This document shows, piece by piece, positions 1 to 8,957 of a stretch of 64,000 bases of DNA. Every line of letters starts with the position of its first letter. Positions within the stretch are counted from its first letter, which is position 1. Source of the DNA: an uncultured Caldilineales bacterium. Lineage in GTDB: Bacteria > Chloroflexota > Anaerolineae > J102. Both the position numbers and the translations under genes were made by a program. Below the pieces are notes generated by a model. It was given only the letters and a program-made list of their open reading frames with translations, was not told where the DNA came from and ran no database searches. The DNA lies in assembly GCA_964650295.1 (NCBI GenBank), contig CAZYSY010000095.1, positions 74 through 64,073 on the forward strand. Reading direction: 5' to 3'.

Positions 1-13
1 CTGGTTGGTGAAG

Positions 14-31
14 GGACGGCGTAGGCCGTCC
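14..31. repeat. GC-rich perfect hairpin (7-bp stem, 4-nt loop)
   Basis: 'ggacggc gtag gccgtcc' read directly. A second short hairpin 'ccgac ttca gtcgg' lies at 54-67. There is no U-tract and the function is unknown (REP-like element or end of an upstream transcript). Confidence 0.3.
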
Positions 32-99
32 GTTGGCCAAGGGCCTATAGAGACCGACTTCAGTCGGCCTGTCGGGCCGGCCGTCGCCTTCTTCCCTCA

Positions 100-206
100 A
101 AGCAGACTTAACTTAGTACTAGATATTGGCATGAGTCTAAGCGCACTCTCCACAAAGCACTTTTTCCAACTACACATTCTTGTTATTGTATTGATGAGGT
201 CATCTT
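100..206 (+). promoter_or_regulatory. AT-rich leader / probable promoter region upstream of the FAAL gene
   Basis: Composition switches from GC-rich hairpin sequence (1-99) to AT-rich sequence ending at the ATG at 207. Only weak hexamers are present: TTCCAA (164-169), 17-nt spacer, TGTATT (187-192). No clear Shine-Dalgarno. Confidence 0.2.
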
Positions 207-1982
207 ATGGCAGCACCGCAACCGCACCCCCTTGATCGTTTGGACATTCACAACCTTGTTTCTTTACTCCAATATCGGGCAGAAGAAAATCTGTTTCCAC
301 GAGCCTATGTCTTTCTTGAAGATGGTGAGCAAGATGAATCGGTGATGAGCTATGCCGATCTAGACCGTCGAGCCCGGGCCATTGCCGCAGCATTGCAAGA
401 GCGCGGCATCCAGCCGGGTGATCGTGCAGTGTTACTTTATCCGCCAGGTCTGGAATACATTGCCGGTTTTTTCGGATGTATTTACGCAGGCGTCATTGCT
501 GTGCCCGCGTACCCACCTAATCCCATGCGACTCGATCGCACCTTGCCTCGGCTGCAAGCCATTGTGGGGGATGCTGATGCAATAATCGCTCTAACTACCG
601 AGCCCATCCTACAAATGGCCCCCTTCGTCTTTGCTCAGGCGCCAGATCTCGCGGCCATGCAGTGGTTGGCCACCGACACCGTGGAGGATGAACATGCAAC
701 AGGGTGGAAGCCGCCCATGATCGGCCCAAATGACTTGGCCTTTTTGCAATACACATCTGGCTCTACCCAGACCCCGCGCGGGGTCATGCTCAGCCACGCC
801 AACCTGCTCTACAACCTCGAACTCATCCGCCAGGCATTCGAGTTGGTCACCGCCGAAGATATTGGCGTTATCTGGCTGCCGCCTTATCACGACATGGGGC
901 TGATTGGCGGCTTGCTCGAACCCATTTACAACTTGATGCGCGTGGTGCTCATGTCGCCTATTCATTTTCTGCAACGTCCGGTGCGTTGGGTGCAGGCCAT
1001 CTCCAAATATCAGGCCACCGTCAGCGGTGGGCCAAACTTCGCATATGATCTTGTAGCCCGCAAAATTACGCCCGAGCAGTTGCAGCAGCTGAATTTACGA
1101 CGCTGGACCATGGCCTTCAATGGGGCTGAGCCGGTGCGTCCCGCCACACTGGATCGCTTCACCCAGGTCTTCGGTCCCGTCGGATTCAAACGCGAAGCAT
1201 TCTATCCCACCTATGGCCTGGCCGAAGGCACGCTCATCGTCACGGGCGGACGCCGGGCGGAACCGCCTGTGCTGCGGGAATTTGCCGCCGAGATTCTTTC
1301 GGGTCTCCCCGATGATGCTCACCATGAGGTGTCATTGGTGGGGTGCGGCGTCGCCTTGGGGGAACAAAAGACCATTATTGTGGACGCCGACGCGGCCATC
1401 GAGTTGCCAGATGGACAGGTGGGAGAGCTCTGGCTGCAGGGCGATAGCGTTGCCCAGGGCTATTGGCGCAATCCCACGGCCACCGAGAACACCTTCCACG
1501 CCTACCTGGCCGATGGCTCCGGCCCCTTTCTGCGCACAGGCGATTTAGCACTACGAGATGTCGATGGTCAATTCTTCATCGCCGGACGCATCAAAGACCT
1601 GATCATCATCGACGGACGCAATCATTATCCGCAAGACATCGAGTTCACTGTGGAACGTGTGCATTCCGCCATCCGCCCCGGCTGCATCGCCGCCTTTGCA
1701 GTAGATGGCGACGAAGGCGAACGGTTGGTCATCGTTGCCGAGATTCGCAAGCAATACAAACCTGGCCCCGAGGGGGATGAGCCCCGGAATATCGATCCCG
1801 CCGCCCTGCGCCAACGAATTCGGCAGGCCATCAGCGAAAACCATGAATTGCGTGTATACGACATCTTCTTCCTACCCGCAGGCGAGATCCCCAAGACCTC
1901 CAGCGGCAAAATTCAGCGTTACGCCGCGCGTCAGGGTTATCTGGCGGGCTCTTTACCCCGATGGGATGGGACAGGAACATAG
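207..1982 (+). CDS. Fatty acyl-AMP ligase (FAAL), lipid starter activation
   Basis: 591-aa ORF with adenylate-forming motifs 'FLQYTSGSTQTPRGVMLSH', 'YGLAEGT', 'LRTGDLA', 'GRIKDLIIIDGRNHYPQDIE' (FadD32/FAAL-like) and 'SSGKIQR'. It lies directly upstream of a PKS that opens with a carrier domain. Confidence 0.9.
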   Translation: MAAPQPHPLDRLDIHNLVSLLQYRAEENLFPRAYVFLEDGEQDESVMSYADLDRRARAIAAALQERGIQPGDRAVLLYPPGLEYIAGFFGCIYAGVIAVPAYPPNPMRLDRTLPRLQAIVGDADAIIALTTEPILQMAPFVFAQAPDLAAMQWLATDTVEDEHATGWKPPMIGPNDLAFLQYTSGSTQTPRGVMLSHANLLYNLELIRQAFELVTAEDIGVIWLPPYHDMGLIGGLLEPIYNLMRVVLMSPIHFLQRPVRWVQAISKYQATVSGGPNFAYDLVARKITPEQLQQLNLRRWTMAFNGAEPVRPATLDRFTQVFGPVGFKREAFYPTYGLAEGTLIVTGGRRAEPPVLREFAAEILSGLPDDAHHEVSLVGCGVALGEQKTIIVDADAAIELPDGQVGELWLQGDSVAQGYWRNPTATENTFHAYLADGSGPFLRTGDLALRDVDGQFFIAGRIKDLIIIDGRNHYPQDIEFTVERVHSAIRPGCIAAFAVDGDEGERLVIVAEIRKQYKPGPEGDEPRNIDPAALRQRIRQAISENHELRVYDIFFLPAGEIPKTSSGKIQRYAARQGYLAGSLPRWDGTGT

Positions 1983-2063
1983 ATCGAAAAACCTGGCTGC
2001 ATCCTTTGCGGGCCGCCGTTCTTCGATTCATCCATAGTCGCTCTCTCAACTTAGGCAATATCC

Positions 2064-5000
2064 ATGATTACACCCTCATCCATCGATTCCATCCGCGATT
2101 GGCTCATCCAACAAGTAGCCGATCTGTTGGGCGTTCCTTCATCTGAAATCGATCCAGCAAAATCGCTGGAGCAATTTGGCATTGCCTCACGCGACGCCAT
2201 CACCCTGGTGGGAGATCTAGAAACCTGGACAGGGTTGAACCTTTCCCCCACCTTGGTTTATGAATATCCCACCATCAACGCTATCGCCCACTATATTGCC
2301 TCACAATTGCATCTTGTTGACGATGCTAAAATAACAAACAAGCCTGTCGTCCCCTTGCCTCGCTTTCGCTCCGCCGCGGATGATGCGCCCATTGCCATTG
2401 TTGGCATGGGGTGCCGTTTCCCCGGAGCCAACGATCCAGAGGCGTTTTGGGAGCTGCTTCGCAATGGCATCGACGCGATAACTGAAGTTCCTCCAGATCG
2501 CTGGGATGTGAATGCGGTGTATGATCCTGAGGGAGGGCCCGGGAAGATCGTTACCCGCTGGGGCGGATTCCTGGCCAACATCGCCGATTTCGATCCTGTG
2601 TTCTTCGGCATCTCTGCCCGCGAGGCCGAACACATGGATCCTCAGCAACGTCTGTTGTTGGAAGTCAGCTGGGAGGCGATGGAACATGCGGGCATTCCCC
2701 CGGAAAAATTGAAGGGAACCAATACAGGGGTTTTTGTGGGCGTCTCCAATCATGATTATTTACTTTTGCATCGGGGAGATCTCAAGGAGCTGAGCCCATA
2801 CAGTGGCGTGGGAAACGCCTTCAGTGTGGTGGCCAACCGCATTTCCTTCATCTACGATTTTCATGGCCCCAGTGTAGCGGTGGACACCGCTTGCTCTTCC
2901 AGTCTTGTGGCGTTGCATATGGCTTGCCAGGCGTTGCGCAGCGGCGAAGCGGACGCCGCCCTGGCCGGAGGCGTCAACGCAATCCTCACCCCCGAAACCA
3001 CTACCACCTTCTCGCAGGCGGGGATGATGTCTCCTACGGGGCGTTGCCGCACTTTCGACGCTGCCGCAGATGGTTATGTGCGTAGCGAAGGAGCAGGCAT
3101 GGTGTTGCTCAAGCGCCTCTCCGACGCCTTACAAGATGGCGATCGCATTCTAGCGGTCATCCGGGCAACCGCAACCAATCAAGATGGACACAGCAATGGC
3201 ATCTCTGCCCCCAACGCGGCGGCTCAAACCGCCGTTATTCGCACTGCCCTGGCCCGAGCCGGTCTGAGCCCCACCGATCTGGATTACATCGAGGCGCACG
3301 GCACAGGCACCCGCCTGGGCGATCCCATCGAGATGGAGGGATTGGCCGCCGCATTGGCTGATCGCCCTATAGAAGACCCTTGCTTTGTGGGCTCTGTCAA
3401 AACCAATGTTGGGCACATGGAATCAGCCGCGGGCATGGCAGGACTCATCAAAACCGTGTTAGCGCTGCAACATGAGACTATTCCCCCCCATATTCACTTT
3501 CGCCGCATCAACCCCCTTATTCCAATCGACGACCTGCCCGTCGAAATCCCCACCATGTCCATTCCCTGGCCTCGCGAGGCGGACCGCACCCGCTACGCAG
3601 GAGTCAGTTCTTTTGGCTTTGGCGGGGCCAATGCCTTCGTGGTGTTGCAAGAAGCACCCTTACCATCTTCGCCTGAAAATCCGATGGAGCGTCCCACCCA
3701 TCTTCTCACCCTTTCTGCACAAACGCCTGCAGGGTTGGATGAGTTGATTGAACACTATCGCCAATGGCTGGAGACGCATCCGCAGGCCATGTTGGCCGAT
3801 GTGGCCTTTACCGCCAACGCAGGACGCCAACATTTTAGCCAGCGGTTGGCTCTTGTGGCAGATCATCGAGAAGAGATGCTCGTCAGATTGCGGCAGGCCG
3901 CCACAGGGGAAACCGGACATGGCCTGCGTCGCGGTCAGGTCCGAGGCGGACAGCGCCGCCCCGTCGCCTGGCTTTTCACCGGACAGGGCGCTCAGTATGC
4001 GGGCATGGGCCGCCAGCTTTACGATACCCAGCCCACCTTCCGCGACGCATTGGAACGCTGCGCTCATATCCTGGATGATATTTTTGAGAAACCCTTACTC
4101 TCGATCATCTTTCCAGAAGATACTGAAGACGAAACCATTCATGACACCACCTACACCCAACCTGCACTCTTTGCCATCGAATACGCATTGGCTCGATTGT
4201 GGCAGAGTTGGGGCTTGCAGCCCGATTTCGTCATCGGACACAGCGTTGGCGAATATACCGCCGCTGTCATTGCCGGCGTGATGAGCCTGGAAGATGGGCT
4301 CAAACTCATCGCTGCTCGCGGACGTCTGATGGGCGCGCTGCCGCGAGATGGCAGCATGGCCGCAGTGTTCAGCGATATCCGCACCGTGGCTGCGGCCATT
4401 GCGACTCACATGCAAGAAGTTTCCATCGCCGGAGTCAATGGGCCGAACCTGGTGGTCATTTCGGGCAAGCAATCCCGGGTGGACGCCATCTCCGCCAGCC
4501 TAAAGGCGCAGGGCGTGCGGGTCAGCCCGCTGACCGTCTCTCACGCCTTCCATTCACCGCTAATGGATCCCATTCTCGATGCATTCGAGCAGGTGGCCAG
4601 CGAAATCGAGTTTCGCACTCCGGCCATCCCCCTGATCTCCAATGTCACAGGCATGGCGATCATGCCTGGCGAATCCATCGACGCCAGCTACTGGCGCCGC
4701 CACATCCGCATGGCGGTGCAATTCATGGCAGGTATGCAGACACTGGACCGCCTGGGAGCTGAAGTCTTCTTGGAGATCGGCCCGCATCCCACGCTCCTGG
4801 GCATGGCCCGTCGCATTCTCGACGACAAACAGCGAATTTGGGCCGCGTCGCTTCATCGCAAGCAGCCAGCGTGGTCTACCATTCTCGATGCGTTGGCGCA
4901 ACTTTATGTGGCCGGACAGACCGTGGATTGGGCGGGATTCGACGCCGATTATCAACGCCAGCGTTGTGCTCTTCCCACCTATCCCTTCCAGCGCCAGCGT

Positions 5001-8000
5001 TATTGGCACGCCATTTCGCTAGAGCACACCACCCCGCGAGAGCTGGATCATGCCATCCTGGCGCGACGCGTGCGTTCGCCACTACTCAAGGATATTGTCT
5101 TCGAAGCCCATCTTAGTCTGAGAGCTTATCCCTGGTTGGCAGATCACCGCATCGGCGACGCCGCGCTCTTTCCCGCGGCAGGTTTTCTGGAAATGCTCTC
5201 CGCCGCACAACGCATCGCGTTCGGCGACTCCGCTTCTGTGCTGCAAAATGTGAGTTTTTTGGATATGCTTCCTATGCCCGAGGAGGAGACTCGTACAGTG
5301 CAGGTGACTCTTTCGCCGCTGGAGGATGGCGAATCACTGATCCAGGTTTTCATGCTCGATGATGAAGCGCAGGACGTATGGCAGCTCAAAGCCAAGGCAT
5401 CGGGGAAAGTTGTTGCGCAGCAAAACATTACGGTCGATTTACAGCAGTTGCAAGCGTCGTGCGTCACACCTGTGAACATGGAATCTTTCTACGAGGATTT
5501 GGCGCAACATGGTTTGCGTTATGGCCCGGCCTTCCGAGGCGTGCAACAAGCCTGGGCAGGCGAGGCGCAGGCTCTGGGGCGTTTGATATTGCCCGAGGCT
5601 GCCGGAGACCTGTACGATTATTTCATCCACCCCGCATTGCTGGATGCAGCTTTTCATCTGGTGGCCGCTACGCTGGAACAGAAGGCGAACGCAGAAGACC
5701 GCATCTTCTTGCCCGTAGGTGTGGAGCGTTATCGGCTGTTGGCAAAGCCAACGGGACGTTTTTTTTGGAGCCATGTGCATTTGCTATCTACGGCGCAAGG
5801 CGATTGGATCCAGGCCGATGTGCAGGTGCTGAATGATGCGGGCGCAGTGCTGGTCGATGTCCAGGGGTTGCAACTCAAGCCTGTTTCTGCAGATGCGCTC
5901 TTGCGTGAATTGGGCCGACAACGGATCCAAGATTGGTTTTATCATCTCGAGTGGCGTCTACAAGCCCTGGACGGAGTGACGCATTTGGCCTCAGAATCGG
6001 GCTGGTGGTTGGTCTTTGCCGATTTTGCAGACGTGGCGCAGGCTTTGGCTCAGGGCTTGCAGGCCGGAGGAGATGAAGTTGTTTTGGTGGAGCGCGACCA
6101 TGAATTCGGCTCTACGCCGCGGGCCTGGAAAGTCAATCCCTTCCACCCTCATGATTTCGAGCGGTTGTTGTCTGTTTTGCAGCCGCAACATCCGCTGCCC
6201 CCACGCGGAGTCATCTTTGCCTGGGGGCTGGATGCACAAGAGGAGGGTGAATCTGCATTGGCGGGCGCGTTGCATCTCACCCAAGCGTTGCTGCTGACGC
6301 GTTGGCAAGAAAAGCCTCGGCTATGGCTCCTGACCGCCAATGCCCAACCTGTCGGTCAGGTAAGCGTGAACGTGGCGCCATCGCTACTGTGGGGGTTTGG
6401 TGCGTCCATTGCTGTCGAGCATCCAGAACTTTCTCCCACGCTGGTGGATCTGCCCGCACAACCCGCGGACATGGTCTCGGCTCTCATTGCCGAATTGTTG
6501 GCCTCTAGTGAAGAAAATCGCATTGCGCTGCGTCCGCAGCAGCGGTTTGTGGCCCGGTTGGTACGCGATGCATCCACCCAGGTCGCGTCTGCGACGGAAG
6601 ATGTGCGACGGTTGGAGATCTCTCAGCGTGGGCAATTGAGTCATCTTACACTGGCTCCCATGCAACGCCTCCGGCCCGGACCAGGTCAGATTGAGATTCA
6701 GGTGCGAGCGACCGGGCTGAATTTTCGTGATGTAATGAACGCCATGGGGTTATATCCTGGCGATCCCGGGCCTTTGGGGGGAGAGTGTGCAGGGGTTATC
6801 TCTGCGTTAGGGCCAGGGGTAACGCATCTTCAGGTGGGCGATGCGGTTATGGGCATTGTTCCCGCCAGTTTTGCCAGTTATGCCATCACCGACGCTCGGT
6901 TGGTGGTGAAACTGCCCGCGAACCTAACTTTTGAGGAAGCGGCCACCATTCCCATCGCCTTTCTCACCGCACATTATGCGCTCAATCGCCTGGGTAAGAT
7001 GAAGAAGGGAGAGCGAGTGTTCATCCATTCCGCCAGTGGCGGCGTGGGTTTAGCTGCAGTGCAACTGGCGCAGCGGGCGGGAGCAGAGCTCTTCGCCGCG
7101 GCGGGGACGGAAGCAAAGCGTGATTTTCTGCGTCGTGCCGGGGTAAAACATCTTTACAATTCTCGTGCGTTGGATTTCGCAACAGAGGTGCTGGATGACA
7201 GCAACGGCCAGGGCGTGCATCTGGTGTTGAATTCACTGGCGGGCGATTACATTCCAGCAAATCTCAGCATGTTGGCCGAGCATGGGCGTTTTCTTGAGAT
7301 TGGCAAGGTGGACATCTGGTCGCCAGCACGGATGGCGGAAGCCCGGCCTGACGTGGTTTATCATATCATTGCGCTGGACGAGCTATCGGCCCAGCGGCCC
7401 GAACTCATCCACGAGATGTTGGAAGAGCTGGTTCAGGCGTTTGCTGCAGGCGAGCTCAAACCGCTACACCATAGCGCCTATCCTCTGACAGAAGCTGAGG
7501 CGGCATTTCGTTTTATGGCGTTGGCTAAACACATTGGCAAAGTCGTCATCACCCAACCGAAACGAGATATTCGCAGCCTTATGCGCGATCCCATCCTGAT
7601 TCGCGATGATGGAATCTATCTCATCACTGGCGGGCTGGGCGCGTTGGGGCGTCTGGCGGTCCAATGGCTTGTACAACAGGGTGCTGGTGGCGTGGTTCTA
7701 CTTTCTCGCCGCTCACCCACAGTTACCGATATCATCTGGATGGATGAACTGAATGCCGCTGGCGCACATGTCGAGCACAGGCAGGCCGATGTGGCAGATT
7801 TCGACGCGTTGCAGGAGCTGCTGTTTGAGCTGGAGGACAATCCAGACCTGACGTTGCGCGGGATTATCCACGCTGCGGGCCTGTTGGCGGATGGTGTGCT
7901 TGTGCAGCAAGATTGGAAACGCTATGAGCAGGTTTTGCGTCCAAAAGTTGAAGGAGCGGCCAACCTTCACCGCCTCACCTATCATGCCGATCTCGATTTC

Positions 8001-8843
8001 TTCATCCTCTTCTCTTCCATTGCTTCGCTGCTGGGCTCGCCTGGTCAGAGCAACTATGCCGCGGCCAACGCCTATCTCGATGCGCTGGCACATCAACGGC
8101 ATGATGAAGGGCTGCCTGGACTCAGCATCAATTGGGGACCCTGGGATGAGGTGGGAATGGCGGTGCGGGATGGGATACAGGCTCGACGTTCGGGCAAAGG
8201 GATATGGCCCATCCCCCCAGATTTGGGCCTGCAAGCCCTGGAAACGTTGTTGGCCTCGCCGCGTCCACAGGTGGCGGTGATGTCGGTGCATTGGCCTACA
8301 TTTCTGCGCCATCTCCCACAAACGCCGCCATTGCTGAGTGATTTTCGCGCCGAGTCAGATCGGGATGAAACGCCTGCCGTCAATAAAAACCTCTCTGAAA
8401 TTCTGCAGCGATTGCAAGATTCGCCCGCCGATGAGCGCCATGAGATCATGGTTGCATTTTTGCGCGAGCAGGTGCGGCGCATTCTGGGGCTGACTTCCAT
8501 CGATCTCGTGGATGCGTATACTCCATTGAGCGAGATGGGCATGGATAGCTTGATGGCTGTGGAGTTGAAAAACGCTTTGGATGCTGCTTTGCACAAAAAT
8601 TTTCCCGCCACCATTGCTTTCGAGTATCCCACAGTTGACGCCATCGCCGATTATCTGGTAAAAGATATAGTACCTGACGTTTTCGACAGGCCTTCAGCTC
8701 TTCCGGTGGAAGATGCAGCAATATCATTGGTTGAGGAAGGCGTTGACGTCGATGTATCTGATCTGGATGCGCTCTCTGTCGAAGAGTTGGAAGCATTGTT
8801 AATGGAAAAGCTCGATGATCTCGATGATTTGGAGGACGAATAG
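2064..8843 (+). CDS. Type I PKS: loading ACP plus fully reducing module (ACP-KS-AT-DH-ER-KR-ACP), module M1
   Basis: 2259-aa ORF. Motifs in order: 'FGIASRDAITL' (carrier), 'DTACSSSLVALH' / 'EAHGTGTRLGDPIE' / 'KTNVGHMESAAG' (KS), 'GHSVGEY' and 'SHAFHSPLM' (AT, malonyl-type HAFH), 'HRIGDAALFPAAG' (DH), 'HSASGGVGLAAVQLA' (ER), 'YLITGGLGALG' and 'SNYAAANAYLD' (KR), 'GMDSLMAVELK' (ACP). Acidic C-terminal tail 'EELEALLMEKLDDLDDLEDE'. Confidence 0.95.
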   Translation: MITPSSIDSIRDWLIQQVADLLGVPSSEIDPAKSLEQFGIASRDAITLVGDLETWTGLNLSPTLVYEYPTINAIAHYIASQLHLVDDAKITNKPVVPLPRFRSAADDAPIAIVGMGCRFPGANDPEAFWELLRNGIDAITEVPPDRWDVNAVYDPEGGPGKIVTRWGGFLANIADFDPVFFGISAREAEHMDPQQRLLLEVSWEAMEHAGIPPEKLKGTNTGVFVGVSNHDYLLLHRGDLKELSPYSGVGNAFSVVANRISFIYDFHGPSVAVDTACSSSLVALHMACQALRSGEADAALAGGVNAILTPETTTTFSQAGMMSPTGRCRTFDAAADGYVRSEGAGMVLLKRLSDALQDGDRILAVIRATATNQDGHSNGISAPNAAAQTAVIRTALARAGLSPTDLDYIEAHGTGTRLGDPIEMEGLAAALADRPIEDPCFVGSVKTNVGHMESAAGMAGLIKTVLALQHETIPPHIHFRRINPLIPIDDLPVEIPTMSIPWPREADRTRYAGVSSFGFGGANAFVVLQEAPLPSSPENPMERPTHLLTLSAQTPAGLDELIEHYRQWLETHPQAMLADVAFTANAGRQHFSQRLALVADHREEMLVRLRQAATGETGHGLRRGQVRGGQRRPVAWLFTGQGAQYAGMGRQLYDTQPTFRDALERCAHILDDIFEKPLLSIIFPEDTEDETIHDTTYTQPALFAIEYALARLWQSWGLQPDFVIGHSVGEYTAAVIAGVMSLEDGLKLIAARGRLMGALPRDGSMAAVFSDIRTVAAAIATHMQEVSIAGVNGPNLVVISGKQSRVDAISASLKAQGVRVSPLTVSHAFHSPLMDPILDAFEQVASEIEFRTPAIPLISNVTGMAIMPGESIDASYWRRHIRMAVQFMAGMQTLDRLGAEVFLEIGPHPTLLGMARRILDDKQRIWAASLHRKQPAWSTILDALAQLYVAGQTVDWAGFDADYQRQRCALPTYPFQRQRYWHAISLEHTTPRELDHAILARRVRSPLLKDIVFEAHLSLRAYPWLADHRIGDAALFPAAGFLEMLSAAQRIAFGDSASVLQNVSFLDMLPMPEEETRTVQVTLSPLEDGESLIQVFMLDDEAQDVWQLKAKASGKVVAQQNITVDLQQLQASCVTPVNMESFYEDLAQHGLRYGPAFRGVQQAWAGEAQALGRLILPEAAGDLYDYFIHPALLDAAFHLVAATLEQKANAEDRIFLPVGVERYRLLAKPTGRFFWSHVHLLSTAQGDWIQADVQVLNDAGAVLVDVQGLQLKPVSADALLRELGRQRIQDWFYHLEWRLQALDGVTHLASESGWWLVFADFADVAQALAQGLQAGGDEVVLVERDHEFGSTPRAWKVNPFHPHDFERLLSVLQPQHPLPPRGVIFAWGLDAQEEGESALAGALHLTQALLLTRWQEKPRLWLLTANAQPVGQVSVNVAPSLLWGFGASIAVEHPELSPTLVDLPAQPADMVSALIAELLASSEENRIALRPQQRFVARLVRDASTQVASATEDVRRLEISQRGQLSHLTLAPMQRLRPGPGQIEIQVRATGLNFRDVMNAMGLYPGDPGPLGGECAGVISALGPGVTHLQVGDAVMGIVPASFASYAITDARLVVKLPANLTFEEAATIPIAFLTAHYALNRLGKMKKGERVFIHSASGGVGLAAVQLAQRAGAELFAAAGTEAKRDFLRRAGVKHLYNSRALDFATEVLDDSNGQGVHLVLNSLAGDYIPANLSMLAEHGRFLEIGKVDIWSPARMAEARPDVVYHIIALDELSAQRPELIHEMLEELVQAFAAGELKPLHHSAYPLTEAEAAFRFMALAKHIGKVVITQPKRDIRSLMRDPILIRDDGIYLITGGLGALGRLAVQWLVQQGAGGVVLLSRRSPTVTDIIWMDELNAAGAHVEHRQADVADFDALQELLFELEDNPDLTLRGIIHAAGLLADGVLVQQDWKRYEQVLRPKVEGAANLHRLTYHADLDFFILFSSIASLLGSPGQSNYAAANAYLDALAHQRHDEGLPGLSINWGPWDEVGMAVRDGIQARRSGKGIWPIPPDLGLQALETLLASPRPQVAVMSVHWPTFLRHLPQTPPLLSDFRAESDRDETPAVNKNLSEILQRLQDSPADERHEIMVAFLREQVRRILGLTSIDLVDAYTPLSEMGMDSLMAVELKNALDAALHKNFPATIAFEYPTVDAIADYLVKDIVPDVFDRPSALPVEDAAISLVEEGVDVDVSDLDALSVEELEALLMEKLDDLDDLEDE
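2076..2309 (+). other. Loading acyl carrier domain (probable acceptor of the FAAL-activated acyl group)
   Basis: Approximate bounds. Carrier-like helix II 'SLEQFGIASRDAITLVGDLE'. The Ser context is GIAS rather than the usual GxDS. Confidence 0.65.
2385..3660 (+). other. Ketosynthase domain, M1
   Basis: Starts 'PIAIVGMGCRFPG'. Cys-His-His triad motifs are intact. Ends 'FGFGGANAFVVLQEAP'. Confidence 0.95.
3961..4930 (+). other. Acyltransferase domain, M1, malonyl-type
   Basis: 'VAWLFTGQGAQYAGMG', 'GHSVGEYTAAVIAG', 'VSHAFHSPLM' (HAFH motif, conventionally malonyl-CoA). Confidence 0.85.
5041..5890 (+). other. Dehydratase domain, M1
   Basis: HxxxGxxxxP motif 'HRIGDAALFPAAGFLEM' at about 5145, with a later 'HPALLDAAFH' region. 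Confidence 0.85.
6610..7560 (+). other. Enoylreductase domain, M1
   Basis: MDR-type 'IEIQVRATGLNFRDV' and the NADPH motif 'IHSASGGVGLAAVQLAQRAGAELFA'. Ends 'AKHIGKVVITQP'. Confidence 0.85.
7611..8162 (+). other. Ketoreductase catalytic subdomain, M1
   Basis: Rossmann motif 'GIYLITGGLGALGRL', 'HAAGLLADGVL' (LxD, B-type-like, consistent with a following DH) and catalytic 'SNYAAANAYLD'. Confidence 0.85.
8440..8660 (+). other. ACP domain, M1
   Basis: 'LSEMGMDSLMAVELKNALD'. Confidence 0.85.
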
Positions 8844-8957
8844 CCTGTAAAAGATCGAATTGCTACGTTTATTTACATGGTACGCCAAATATGTGGCATT
8901 GAACGATCGGGCGACTTTTTTACGTAAGGCGCTTTTGCAGGCGTTCTGAATTATTTT

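Noticed and set aside
1-110. Possible repeat family shared between the window start and 15519-15620 ('ctgg(t)tggtgaag' vs 'ctgggtgaag'; 'ccgacttcagtcgg' vs 'ccgactcaagtcgg'; 'ggcctgtcgggccgg' vs 'ggcctgcggcccgg')
   Set aside because: The matches are short, interrupted and in GC-rich sequence where such similarity arises easily. Spacing between the blocks differs. I cannot support a repeat-element call without a genome-wide search.
5-235. 76-aa + strand ORF overlapping the start of the FAAL gene
   Set aside because: It runs through GC-rich hairpin sequence and the AT-rich leader, has no recognisable motif, and overlaps the well-supported FAAL start. It is most likely non-coding.
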